DNA from: Eledone cirrhosa
Lineage: Eukaryota
Reading direction: 5' to 3'
Assembly: GCA_964016885.1 (NCBI GenBank)
Contig: OZ024755.1
Coordinates: 1,426,001 to 1,490,000 of the forward strand
Length of the DNA: 64,000 nt
In this document: in pieces, positions 35,358 through 47,001 of the stretch
Layout of the letters: each line of letters starts with the position of its first letter
Numbering within the stretch: position 1 is the first letter of the stretch
Notes under the pieces: generated by a model
What the model was told of the DNA's origin: nothing
The model's input: only the letters and a program-made list of their open reading frames with translations
Databases searched by the model: none
Program-made: the position numbers and the translations under genes

Positions 35358-38300
35358 CATCATCATCATCATCATCATCAACGTTTAACGTCCGTGTTCC
35401 ACGCTTGCATGGGTTTGGACGGGGGTTTTCCCACTTGAGGCAAGAGTGGTTGTCTTGCTCGCATAGGACTGTCTGGCGGGTTTTCTACAGCTGGATGCCC
35501 TTCCTAACACCAACCACATTTACAGTGTGGGGCTGGGAGGTTTTTACCGTGTTGCCTACACGGCCATATTACAGCGTGGACTGTGTTTTTTTGACGTGAC
35601 ACCTACACGACCTCATTTGTTTCGGCCTGGATGTTGTGACACCAACATAACTTTACATTGAAAGGGGCGGTGTGGATGGGGTGGGGGTGGTGGGACGGGG
35701 GTGTATTTTGTTAGAGATGCCTACTGACTGTAGGTTTTACTTTGTATTTAGGTAAGGCGGGTCTTCTCTATTACTGAGTACCGCCAAAGGTCTCGGTCCA
35801 GTGACATTGTCTTGGTGAGGTGTAAGTGTGTGAGGTCGGAATTTATCAGCTCGTCCCAGGTTTTTCTGGGTCTGCCTATTCCGTGGCTACCGTCTATCTT
35901 TATTGCCCTGCACTTTGTTATACAGCTGTCGTCTTTCATGCGCATTACGTGACCATACCAACGTAGCCTTCTCTCGAGTAAACAACATCTGATCCCTCTT
36001 ATTTCTAATTTTTTTCCTTAGTTCGCTTATGCTTTGCCGTTCACGTATATTACTATTACACATCCAGCGGAGCATGCAAGCTTCGTTTCTCTCTAGTCTG
36101 CGTATATCCTCTGCACACAATGCCCAGGTCTCACTGCCATGCAACATTGCTGTTCGTATGCAGGCATCGTACAACCTGCCTTTCATTTTTAGGGAGAACC
36201 CTTTAGCGGCTAATAGTGGTATAAGCTCTCTGAACTTTTTCCATCCAGTTCTGACTCTAGCTACTGTACTTTCAGAGCACCCTCCCCCACTGCTGATTTT
36301 GTTACCCAGGTAACGGAAGCTGTCCACTATTTCTATAGAACCCTCTGCGCAGTTGAAAGAGCTAGTATTTTGTGGGCACTTGCTGCTACTTATTGCACCA
36401 GAGCACCAGCCACATGTGAAATCTATGTTCTTAGTTAGCTTACCTGTGATCCCACTACATCTTTTATGCACCCATACTTTGCATTTGGGACACAAAATGG
36501 AGTTTCTACCTACGCCTTTCCTACACACTGGGCATGGCCACTTCCCGGAAGGGACCGCCGTCTTATTTTCTTTCTTACAAACTAGAACTTTAGTCTTAGC
36601 CAGGTTAATTTTAAGGCCTTTTGATTCTAGGCCGTGCTTCCTTGCTTGGAATTTCTTCTCTAGCCCGGCCATTGATTCAGCTATGAGTGTTAGGTCATCT
36701 GCGTATAGGAGTTCCCATGGGCAACCGGTCTTGAACTCCTCTGTTATAGCCTGAAGGGCAATAATAAATAGTAGGGGGCTGAGAACAGAGCCCTGATGGA
36801 CGCCAACTTTTACGCTAAACTCTTCACTATATTCGTTGTTAATTCTAACCTTGCTGACTGTTTCTTTATACATGGCTTGTATAGCTCTCACAAGCCATTC
36901 GTCAACACCTAGTTTTCTAAGAGCCCACCAGATAATGGAACGGGGGACTCTGTCGAAGGCTTTCTCCAAGTCGACAAAAGCTAAGTATAGGGGTTTACTT
37001 TTAGCTAGGTACTTCTCCTGTAGTTGTTGTACAATGAAAAGAGCGTCTGTGGTACTTTTGCCTGACACAAACCCGAACTGCATTTCATCTAGATCAATTC
37101 TCTCTCTGATTAGTTGCGCTATTACTTTTTCCGTGACCTTCATGACCTGGTCGATTAATTTAATGCCTCTATAGTTACTCCTATCTAGGGCGTCTCCTTT
37201 ACCCTTATAACAGTTAACGATGATGCTGCTACGCCAGTCCTTCGGAACAACCCCATTCTGTACGACTTGGTTAACTATCCGGGTGACCATGGTGTGTCCC
37301 ACCGTACCAGATGCCTTCAGCATCTCGGCAACTATTTCCGAAGGCCCAGCCCCCTTACCCGTCTTCATATCTTTGATTGCCTTACTTATTATACTACCCT
37401 CGACTAACACTGCTGGTCCTTCTATTGGGTCGATGTGGGGGAGACTGTCTTTCTCCCATTTATTCTCCTCATTTAGTAGCCTTTCATAGTGACACTTTCA
37501 AGCTACCTTCTTATCAGCGTCGGTTATGGCAAGTACGCCGTCATCATTAAGTACACACTTCTCCCCGACAATATCACGGTTTTCCTTGACACATTGCCTA
37601 GCAATCCTGAACACCTCACGTTTTTGGTCCTCGCGTTGTAGAACATGCTTGAACTTTCTTTCCTCTGCTTCCCTTCTTGCGAAGTACACTTGTCTCCTAG
37701 CTTCCCTCCTGGCCACTTGATAGTCTTCCCTGCTTCCCCCATCCCGCCATACTTTCCAAGCCTGCTTTTTGGCCTTAATTGACCCCTCCACCTTACTGTT
37801 CCACCACCATGTTACTCTCCTCCTGCCTACAGGCCTGCTCCAGCCACAGACTTCATCTGCCGCCATCAGCAGGTTTGCTTTCAGGAATTCCCACTGCTCC
37901 TCTATATTGTACGACTCTGATTGCTCTTCCTTACTGTCGAAAGCATCAAGTAGTATACTTTAGAATTTATTTCTGGCTGTGGGGTCCTTTAGTTTCCATA
38001 TTTTTCTCCTGAGGATAGTCCTCTTCTGTTGTCTAGTACGTCTCGTCCTGACTATTAGGTCGCTAATTATCAGTCTATGTTGGGAGGTGCATTCTTCATG
38101 GGAGAGGGATTTAGTGTTTACAACAGACACTCTGTCACGTCTTCTGGCAAGGATATAATCTACCTGGCTTGTGTGTTCCCCCGATCTATAGGTGATCAGG
38201 TGATTGTCACGTTTTTTGAAGTTAGTGTTACAGATAGTTAGGTTATTTGCGTCACAGAATTCCAGGATTCTGGAGCCTTCCTCATTTCTAGTACCAAACC

Positions 38301-39585
38301 CATAGCCTCCATGGATTTCGTCGTAGCCGTCACAATGTTGTCCAACGTGACCATTTAGGTCGCCTGCAATAATCATATAGTCACTGTCGGTTATTTGGGA
38401 GGTAGTGAGCATCAGTGTCTCATAGAATCTGTCTTTTATAGTGCCGGGCAGTCCGGATTGGGGTGCGTACGCAGATATTACTGTCACCGTAGTTCTATTG
38501 AGGACAAGTCTTATTTTAATTATTCTGTCGTTCACTCTATTTACGTCTATTATCTTATCTGCCCACTTTTCTGCTACCATGATTCCTACTCCACCCAGCC
38601 CATTGTCATTTCCCACCCAGAAAAGCTTATAGCATCGTTTTTTACCAACAATGAATCTAGCAGACCCACCCCTCCACCTCGTCTCTTGAATACAACAAAC
38701 ATCGACCTCCTTACGTACAAGCATTTCTACAACCTCGTTAGAGCGACCTTTTAATGTGCCTACATTCATGGTACCAACTCTGAAGTTTTGGATTGCGTTT
38801 GGAGGGTGGGGAGCGGGGGGAGATGGGGTTATGTTAGCCATCCGCGGCCGAAACAAAGAGGAATGCTCGCATTCTCGTTCACGAGGTGAATCTGTTTTTA
38901 TCTTTGGCATTGTCGCTGAGCGTCCAGATTTTTCTCTCTTCAACTCTCCAGAATTTCGTAGTCCATCCATCCGTCATATCGAAGGCGACCAGGTAAGCGA
39001 TAGTATAGGCCTCTGGCTTATGATTGGTCCACGTAATAATAATGGTGTTGAGTTGTTAGCGAGAAGAATAGGTTTAAGTAAGATCCTCGTATTTAACAAG
39101 CGATAACAAAAATACAAGATTTGTTTAGTAAAATACGACAAAAACTTTCGTATTTAACAAGCAATAACAAAAAATACAAGATTTGTTTTGGAAAATACGA
39201 GAAAATACAGAATACAGGAGGATTTGTTTTGGAAATAGGATGGAAGCGAGTAGTGAAGCAAGAATTGGAATCTGAGGTTAGAAAATGCTATCGAAATGTC
39301 GGATTGGAAGGGCCATGAAATTAAGCGGATTGTAGAAGGGCGAGAAAAATGTGTACATTACATTATACCGTGAAGGAAAAACAGCCACGAATTTGGCGAA
39401 TGTGAATTACTTGTGGGGGTTAACTTATATATATAGATAGAGAGAGAGAGAAGGGGGGGGGGAGTTTGGCCGCATGATTGTAGAGTGGGGTGGCTGACCG
39501 CGAACACTCGTGAAGTGGTGGAGGGGGAGAAGATATTAAGGAGCAGGAATTAAGAGTTTGAAATACGGTCCTCGGAATAATAACA
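35358..39585 (-). mobile_element. RTE-clade LINE, near full length (APE + RT + PHD finger)
   Basis: ORFs 37960-38970, 37498-37866 and 35887-37410 are in one frame separated by two in-frame stops; a frameshift in an A-run near 36012 separates the C-terminus (35748-35945); (GAT)n tail; inserted in (GT)n. Confidence 0.95.
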
Positions 39586-39846
39586 GTGTGTGTGTATATA
39601 TATATAGTGTGTGTGTATATATATATATATATGTGTGTGTGCACACCTACCTAACAACCATATGGTTTCCTACATAGTTTTATGTGTCATATTTCTGTCA
39701 ATAACACATCTGTTACTTTGGTTTATTATTAAAGTTCTGCCCTGAATTTCTTAGTTAAAAACATGAGTTTGTTATTGTAGCTGGAACATGAAGAAATGTC
39801 TTATTTAATTTATTCCTTTACCATTCCAGAAATAAATTCTATGGTT

Positions 39847-40795
39847 TACACCTGGCCATACTGCTAATGGTCAGCTACCTTGGCTGTTAATACACCTGGC
39901 CATACTGCTAATGGTCAGCTACCTTGGCTGTTAATACACCTGGCCATACTGCTAATGGTCAGCTACCTTGGCTGTTAATACACCTGGCCATACTGCTAAT
40001 GGTCAGCTACCTTCACTGTTAATACACCTGGCCATACTGCTAATGGTCAGCTACCTTCGCTGTTAATACACCTGGCCATACTGCCAGTGTCCAGCTACCT
40101 TCACTGTTAATACACCTGGCCATACTGCCAGTGTCCAGCTACCTTCACTGTTAATACACCTGGCCATACTGCCAGTGTCCAGCTACCTTCACTGTTAATA
40201 CACCTGGCCATACTGCCAGTGTCCAGCTACCTTCACTGTTAATACACCTGGCCATACTGCCAGTGTCCAGCTACCTTCACTGTTAATACACCTGGCCATA
40301 CTGCCAGTGTCCAGCTACCTTCACTGTTAATACACCTGGCCATACTGCCAGTGTCCAGCTACCTTGGCTGTTAATACACCTGGCCATACTGCCAGTGTCC
40401 AGCTACCTTCACTGTTAATACACCTGGCCATACTGCCAGTGTCCAGCTACCTTCACTGTTAATACACCTGGCCATACTGCCAATGTCCAGCTACCTTGGC
40501 TGTTAATACACCTGGCCATACTGCCAGTGTCCAGCTACCTTCACTGTTAATACACCTGGCCATACTGCCAGTGTCCAGCTACCTTCACTGTTAATACACC
40601 TGGCCATACTGCCAGTGTCCAGCTACCTTCACTGTTAATACACCTGGCCATACTGCCAGTGTCCAGCTACCTTCACTGTTAATACACCTGGCCATACTGC
40701 CAGTGTCCAGCTACCTTCACTGTTAATACACCTGGCCATACTGCCAGTGTCCAGCTACCTTCACTGTTAATACACCTGGCCATACTGGCAGTGTT
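39847..40795. repeat. 44-bp tandem minisatellite
   Basis: Unit TACACCTGGCCATACTGCCAGTGTCCAGCTACCTTCACTGTTAA x ~21. Confidence 0.95.
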
Positions 40796-41945
40796 CAACA
40801 TCATGTAATATATTGATTTTAAATTTCGGTTTCATGTCACGGGACTCCTTTCTGAGGTAATGGTTACAACTTGGTGTCCTTTTCTGGTTCCAAACCCTGT
40901 CACCTCTTATGACCCAAGGATGTGGTCTAACTATTTTAAACTATATACAGTGTATCCTTCCTTCCTATTTTGATATAAGGCCAACAAATTTAGGGGAAAG
41001 GTCAAAGTTGAAGAAATAAACACAGCTTAGAGGGAGAAATTTAAGTATGCAAGGCATCGAGTCTTCAAGTTTTACCATTTCTAAAAATGGTTTCAGCAAT
41101 TTGTGGTACTTTATTTTATCAATCCTGGAAGGATGAAAGATAAAGTTGACCGTGGCAGGATTTGAACTCAGAACATAAAGAGTCAGAAAAAATGGCAGTC
41201 AAGAAATCACTTGACTTCTTCCTAGACACAAACCTAGCAACAAATGTCTTCTTGTCTAAATAAAGATGAAATAAAATATTTTATTAAGTATATTGTTATC
41301 TCAACAGTTGAGTAAAAACTTTTGTAGATATTGGAGATTAGTAATGAAACCTTTTATCTAGTACAAAGTTAGTCTACAGTTGGTAAATGTTACAATGACT
41401 TGTCATTAGTTTAAGAAAATAAAATAAAAAAAGATTTATTTTAGCCGTGCTGTCATGTGGTAATTCTTTTTATTTATGTAAGTAGAAGTACCAAGTCAAC
41501 AGTGGAGTGATCAATTATTGTGTCATGGTAAAAAGCACCCAGCCCACCCTGTAAAATGGTCATGTTGGTGACATGATAAAATGCACCCAGCCCACCCTGC
41601 AAGGTGATCATGCTGGTGACATGACAAAGAAGTACCCAGTTTAAACAGTATTAACTGGTTTGTCTAAATAAAGTAACAAATAAGATTCATTTATAGTGGA
41701 AAGATAATTTTATTCTTTCTCCTAATCTTTTTTATTTTGTTACTATTTATTAATGTTTCTTTTTCTTTTGTTTATTAAACACACCGTAGTATATCATTAG
41801 ATATACGAAATTCCCATATTTGTATGTTTACAGCTATGTCAGAACTAAACTTTTAATTCTACATTGAAGTTGAGTCAACTTACACCGCTCCTTAATCAGC
41901 CCATCTACTCAGGCGGGAAAAATATATATTTTCACCTGTTTCAAG

Positions 41946-42031
41946 TTCCAGCAGAGCGAAGAGGAAGCACTGTCCTGATGATGGTCATTGCCTGAAATGT
42001 ACATTGGTGTTGTCTCCCACTTCTGCTGGAA
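41946..42031 (+). ncRNA. Type I hammerhead ribozyme (minimal, palindromic stem III)
   Basis: Core CTGATGA 41975-41981; stem II GGT-CATT-GCC; GAAA 41994-41997; palindromic AATGTACATT stem III; site AUU ending 42005; distal stem I TTCCAGCAGA/TCTGCTGGAA; proximal stem I is weak. Confidence 0.6.
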
Positions 42032-42154
42032 TCTGCTAGATGGTGCTAGCTGTCAGCCTTTTCATTAGTCATAGCTAAAAGGCTTTCCAAGTGTTTATTT
42101 ATTAAACATACCGTATATCATTAGATATATGAAATTCACATACTTGGATGTATA

Positions 42155-42384
42155 CACTGTAAAGTGGTTGTGATGGTGACACAGTAAAAGCACCCAGTAC
42201 TCACTGTAAATGAGGTTGGTGTTAGGAAGGGCATCCAACTGTAGAAATCAAGCCAAAATCAGTTCCGTATGAGCAAGACATGGTCACCTGACCTGGCATT
42301 GCACACAACAGGACAACCTGTCTAACCCATGCTAGCGTGGAAGAATGGACATAAAACGGTGATGATGATGATGATGATGATGAT
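42155..42384 (+). mobile_element. SINE/RTE 3' tail fragment
   Basis: cactgtaaatgaggttggtgttaggaagggcatccaactgtagaaa...cccatgctagcgtggaag...(GAT)n. Confidence 0.8.
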
Positions 42385-42481
42385 ACAGCCATGTTGAAGC
42401 TAAAATGTAAACAATTTTTTTAATTTTAATCTATTTTTTTTTCCGTTTTTCATTTCAGGTGGTCGAAACTAGAAAATTCTA

Positions 42482-43879
42482 ATGAAATTGACCAACAACT
42501 GCAACCAATTGTCATGTTTTGGCAGTGCTGTAAAACGTCTAGGACGTAAACATCACAACCTTGCTGCTGTTGTATTTCTGTTCTTGACACTATGGCTTAT
42601 ATTACAGGTAAATGTGTTATCAATAGTGGACTATTCCAGACTCCACAAAGGTATTGGTTATAATGGTAACAGTGATGCTGTCTTATCTTTAATGAAACAA
42701 AATACTTCTATCTGCAATAACTCTTTTGTTGGATATGGAGAGGAGTTTGCAGTTTTCAGAAATATTGTTTTGAACCCGTTTAAAAATGTTGCATTTATTA
42801 AAGAAAGCGTTGACAAAGAATGGACGGCACCAAAGAAAATGTTATTTTCTACTGGCTATTTCTCTGTGAGCTGTACCAAGAGATCAGAGTACCAGTTTAG
42901 AGGAGAGAACCATCTCAATGAATGGTATTCCGTCATTCATTTTCAACGAAACAGCAATATTGAACCTATACAGGTGGAACAGCACCTCACTATAGCTGTT
43001 CAGCGTTATGAATATGCAAATCTTTTTCATTCTATGACTGATTTTTACAATGCTTTTTTAATGATGAAAATGTTTAAAGGTACACCAGCTAAAACAAATA
43101 TCTTACTCTTTGATACTCATCCTAAAGGTTTACTATTTGAGATATGGTATCAATTATTTAATAATGTTACCATGGCTAAAGACATCAGGGAACCCATCAA
43201 ATATAAAACTCTAGTTTGGAGTATTACGGGCTACCACAGCCCTCTTAACTTTGCAGGAAACACATTGGTGTTATCTCAAATAGCTTTTAGTATATTTAAT
43301 GATTGGACCCCGTTTTGGATGTACACAAACCCATTAATATCTTATTTGTCCGATTTTAAAAAATTCTTTCTTGGTCAGTACCACATTCGTGACTACAAGA
43401 GTCTGAACTGTCGAAACCTTTCTGTGTTATTTATATGGCGCCGGGACTACGTTTCACATAGAGGCAATCCCTCGGGGTTTATTTCTAGAAAGATTAAAAA
43501 TGAAAATGAACTATTAGAAAAGACCCGTGGTATTCTTAAAGGACATCATATATCAGGGGTTCAACTTGATAAACTCCCTATAAAAGAACAGCTAACGCGG
43601 ATTGCTACAACTGACATTTTAATTGGCATGCATGGTGCTGCTTTATCTTTTACCCTCTTTCTACCAGACCATGCTGCACTGTTGGAGCTGTACCCTCGTT
43701 ACTGGCCAACAACCAACCTACATTTCCGCTGTATGGCACAGTGGCGGAACCTTACGTATCTCAGTTGGCAGAATACTGATCACCTGTATGAAAAAAGACA
43801 TTTCTATACTTATATACCCCCTATTGTTCTTGGTGGGATGGTTTCACAGGCCCAAAGCAAATTGTGTCCTCATTTCTAA
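42482..43879 (+). CDS. Glycosyltransferase family 61 protein (EOGT/POMGNT2-like), type II membrane, single coding exon
   Basis: 465-aa ORF; N-terminal TM (LAAVVFLFLTLWLILQV); RYEYANLFHSMTDFYNAF, IWRRDY, RKIKNENEL, TDILIGMHGAALSFTLFLP, LLELYP motifs of GT61; splice acceptor tttcag at 42458 just before the ATG. Confidence 0.88.
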   Translation: MKLTNNCNQLSCFGSAVKRLGRKHHNLAAVVFLFLTLWLILQVNVLSIVDYSRLHKGIGYNGNSDAVLSLMKQNTSICNNSFVGYGEEFAVFRNIVLNPFKNVAFIKESVDKEWTAPKKMLFSTGYFSVSCTKRSEYQFRGENHLNEWYSVIHFQRNSNIEPIQVEQHLTIAVQRYEYANLFHSMTDFYNAFLMMKMFKGTPAKTNILLFDTHPKGLLFEIWYQLFNNVTMAKDIREPIKYKTLVWSITGYHSPLNFAGNTLVLSQIAFSIFNDWTPFWMYTNPLISYLSDFKKFFLGQYHIRDYKSLNCRNLSVLFIWRRDYVSHRGNPSGFISRKIKNENELLEKTRGILKGHHISGVQLDKLPIKEQLTRIATTDILIGMHGAALSFTLFLPDHAALLELYPRYWPTTNLHFRCMAQWRNLTYLSWQNTDHLYEKRHFYTYIPPIVLGGMVSQAQSKLCPHF

Positions 43880-44021
43880 TGTCCAAGTTAACATCTAAAC
43901 AGTTTCTACTATGAAAGATCTTCAATTTAAACATTATGGTCTCAACTTGACAACAACTACCTTATGTGTTTGTGTATAACCCCCGCCCTGCCCCAATTTG
44001 TGTAAAACCAGAAGGTGTCTT

Positions 44022-44524
44022 ACATACTGGAGGTGTGACATACTGGAGGAGTGACATACTGGAGGTATGACATACTGAAGGTATGACATACTAGAGGTGT
44101 GACATACTGAAGGTGTGACATACTAGAGGTGTGACATACTGAAGGTGTGATATACTGGAGGTGTGATATACTGGAGGTGTGACATACTGGAGGTGTGACA
44201 TACTGGAGGTGTGACATACTAGAGGTGTGACATACTGGAGGTGTGACATACTAGAGGTGTCTTACATACTGGTGGTGTGAGTTACTGGAGGTGTGACATA
44301 CTGGTGGTGTACATACTGGAGGTGTGACATACTGGAGGTATGACACACTAGAGGTGTGACATACTAGAGGTGTGACATACTGGAGATATGACATACTGGT
44401 GATGTGATGTACTGGAGGTATGACATACTAGAGGTGTGACATACTAGAGGTATGACATATTGGAGGTGTGACATACTGGAGGTATGACATACTGGAGGTG
44501 TGACATACTGGTGGTGTGACATAC
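44022..44524. repeat. 16-bp tandem minisatellite
   Basis: Unit CATACTGGAGGTGTGA x ~31, in the probable 3' UTR of the GT61 gene. Confidence 0.92.
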
Positions 44525-44733
44525 CTTCAATATACATAATGTGCATCTTTGGTGGGGGCTTCACTTCTCAGCAAATTAATGTTGTGACCTGGTTATAAAT
44601 TTACAAGATTTCAGATAACTTTGACAAATGGTGACACTAAAAGGACAATTCTCTTATGGTGTTCCATCTTCTGTTTTCAGTTGAAATCTTACCAGGGTCC
44701 ACTTTGCCTTCTTTTATTCTACTGAGATAAACA

Positions 44734-44941
44734 CGAGGGTTGGTCGTCTGAAAACTTCATAGGCTGACTAGACTCTGAAGGAGTGATGCTAGCACTGTGA
44801 AATCTTGCATGCATTAATTTCAACTCTTCTTAATGAATAACTACATTGTTTCTCTCCAGGGACTATGTTGAAAAGTAAACCTCATTTGGTCATTCCATGA
44901 GAGTATCTTGGTCAGTCTATGAACTTCTCAACCAACCTTTG
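44734..44941. mobile_element. mariner-like MITE
   Basis: Imperfect TIRs CGAGGGTTGG..AAAACTTCATAGGCTGAC / GTCAGTCTATGAACTTCTCAACCAACCTTTG|TA. Confidence 0.65.
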
Positions 44942-46612
44942 TATGTATGTATGTATGTACAAGTTACACTCAGGAAGTGTCTCAGTTGACTGTGTATCAC
45001 ATCTTTCCTAGGAACTCCAGCCTAAAGAAAACCCTGGGTAATCCTGGCTTTATGGAATTCCTTGACTGGTCCATAAATGACAGTCCTCTTTTCCTGGGAC
45101 ATTACTATATTTCCTAGAACATATATTTTGTATACTGTGTATACTATTAACTTTTCATTTTATTTCATGTAAATCTATGGCCCAGTGGTTAGGGTGTTAA
45201 CCTCACAATCATGATGTTGTGGCTTTCATTACTGGACCAGTAGGATGTTGTGTTCTTCAGCAAGAGGCTTCATCATTTCACATTGTTTTTCATGGTAGGA
45301 CTTAGGGTGTGTTAATGAAAAGGGCTTATCTTAGGGGCCAGCTAAACCTACAAGGGTGTCAACTGGAAATTTCTTCTTTTTTTTTTCAATTTTCCAATCC
45401 TTTCTTTACATTTTTGTAACCCGTCCCGCCATTTTATACTCCATTTGGCCCTTCATTTGACCCTCCATTTGGCCCTTCATTTGACCCTTCATTTGACCCT
45501 CCATTTGTATACCTGCTGGGAATAAAATAAACAGCTATTATTATTATTTAAAACAGAAGGTGGATTGGCAGAATCGTTGAAACATCTGATAAAATACTTT
45601 GTGATATTTAGTTACATCCCTTTATCTTCTGAGTTCAGATGCAGTAAAGGTCAACCTTTCATCCAACTGGTGTTAATAAAGTTCCAACCAGTGAAGTACT
45701 CGTCAACCTCCCTCTACTCCCATTGTATTGGGACCCCCTGAGATACAACCCTGTAGGGGACTAGCTAATACTCTGTAGGTGTGAGCTGTAACAACAACAA
45801 TATAACACTTGGGTCCCTAACATTAAAATCTCCTGAGATAAAATCTTGTAGTGAAATAGTTGGACCAATAAAATGGCTTCTTGCTAGCGAGGAGAACCAT
45901 ATATTTGTAACAAACAACTTATATTTGATATTTCAAGTGTATTATTTTATTATTTTCGTTGTCATCATTGTAAAAGGATGTTTATAAATGTCAGTTACTC
46001 CCCACCCTCCACATCTTCAAAGTTATCTCTCTCCTCATAATTACAACTATTTTAGCTCAATTTTAAACTACCTCAAGTCTCTATCTATCTGTTTATTCAT
46101 CTTTCTCTCATTATTGACTCTAACATATGTTTCTGTGCCTTTTATAATAGTCTACATATGCTGACTACAGTATATATTGTTCAATCATATGTAATACTTA
46201 TTTATTTTTCATATGTCTTCAGAAAGCTTAGAGTTGACTGTGGTAATGTCCTTTCCCCATGGAGTGAGTTGGGTTTTATGTTGGTTGATTTAAAAATAGT
46301 ATTTACCTTCTAGAACAAAATAAAATAAAATAAAATGAGAATAAAATAAGTGACAATAAAATACAGTAAGAGAGGAGGGAGTGGGGTGAAGAGTTTTGTA
46401 ATATTATTTTATGTGTTGCAATGTGGAACAACTTTTCTTTGGACATTGATATGGGTGAAGATTTCAGTGTTTGCTAAGTATGGTCAAAAGAGCATTGATG
46501 GTGGAGAAGGGAGAGAAAGGAGATAAGGAAAGGGTGAACATTAAGAATAGGATAGAAGAGTGAAGGAAGTATATATATATATATGTGTGTGTGTGTGTTT
46601 AAGTATATATAT

Positions 46613-46800
46613 AATTGTTTCTACTTTAGGCACAAGGCCAGCAATTACCCAGTGCATTACTGGTACTTTATTTTATCGACCCCGTAAGGATGAAAGGCAA
46701 AGTTAACCTCGGTGGGATTTGAACTCAGATCGTAAAGGGACGTAACTATGCTGGAAAGCATGGCGTCCGACCCTCTACCGATACTGCCAATCCACCACCC
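46613..46800 (-). mobile_element. Full-length tRNA-derived SINE family A
   Basis: Minus strand: gggtggtggattggcagtatcggtagag (A box) ... gagttcaaatccc (B box) ... agtagaaacaatt; TSD AAGTATATATATAA. Confidence 0.9.
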
Positions 46801-46851
46801 AAGTATATATATAAAACAAGGGCTAGTGGTTACTCCTTCATTACATTTATT

Positions 46852-46942
46852 GGTTAGTGACACGCATTTCGCCACTGATCAGCTCAAGGTTCGATCTGTA
46901 TCGATCTAGCCTGACTCTGTAATCCACAGCTCATCAGACCCC
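46852..46942 (-). ncRNA. Hammerhead ribozyme-like motif with extended stem II, in a (TA)n-flanked element (46813-46955)
   Basis: Minus strand: GGGGT-CTGATGA-GC...60 nt...GC-GAAA-TGCGTG-TC-ACTAACC-AATAAA. Confidence 0.55.
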
Positions 46943-46953
46943 TTTTAATGGAT

Positions 46954-47001
<48 letters not shown>

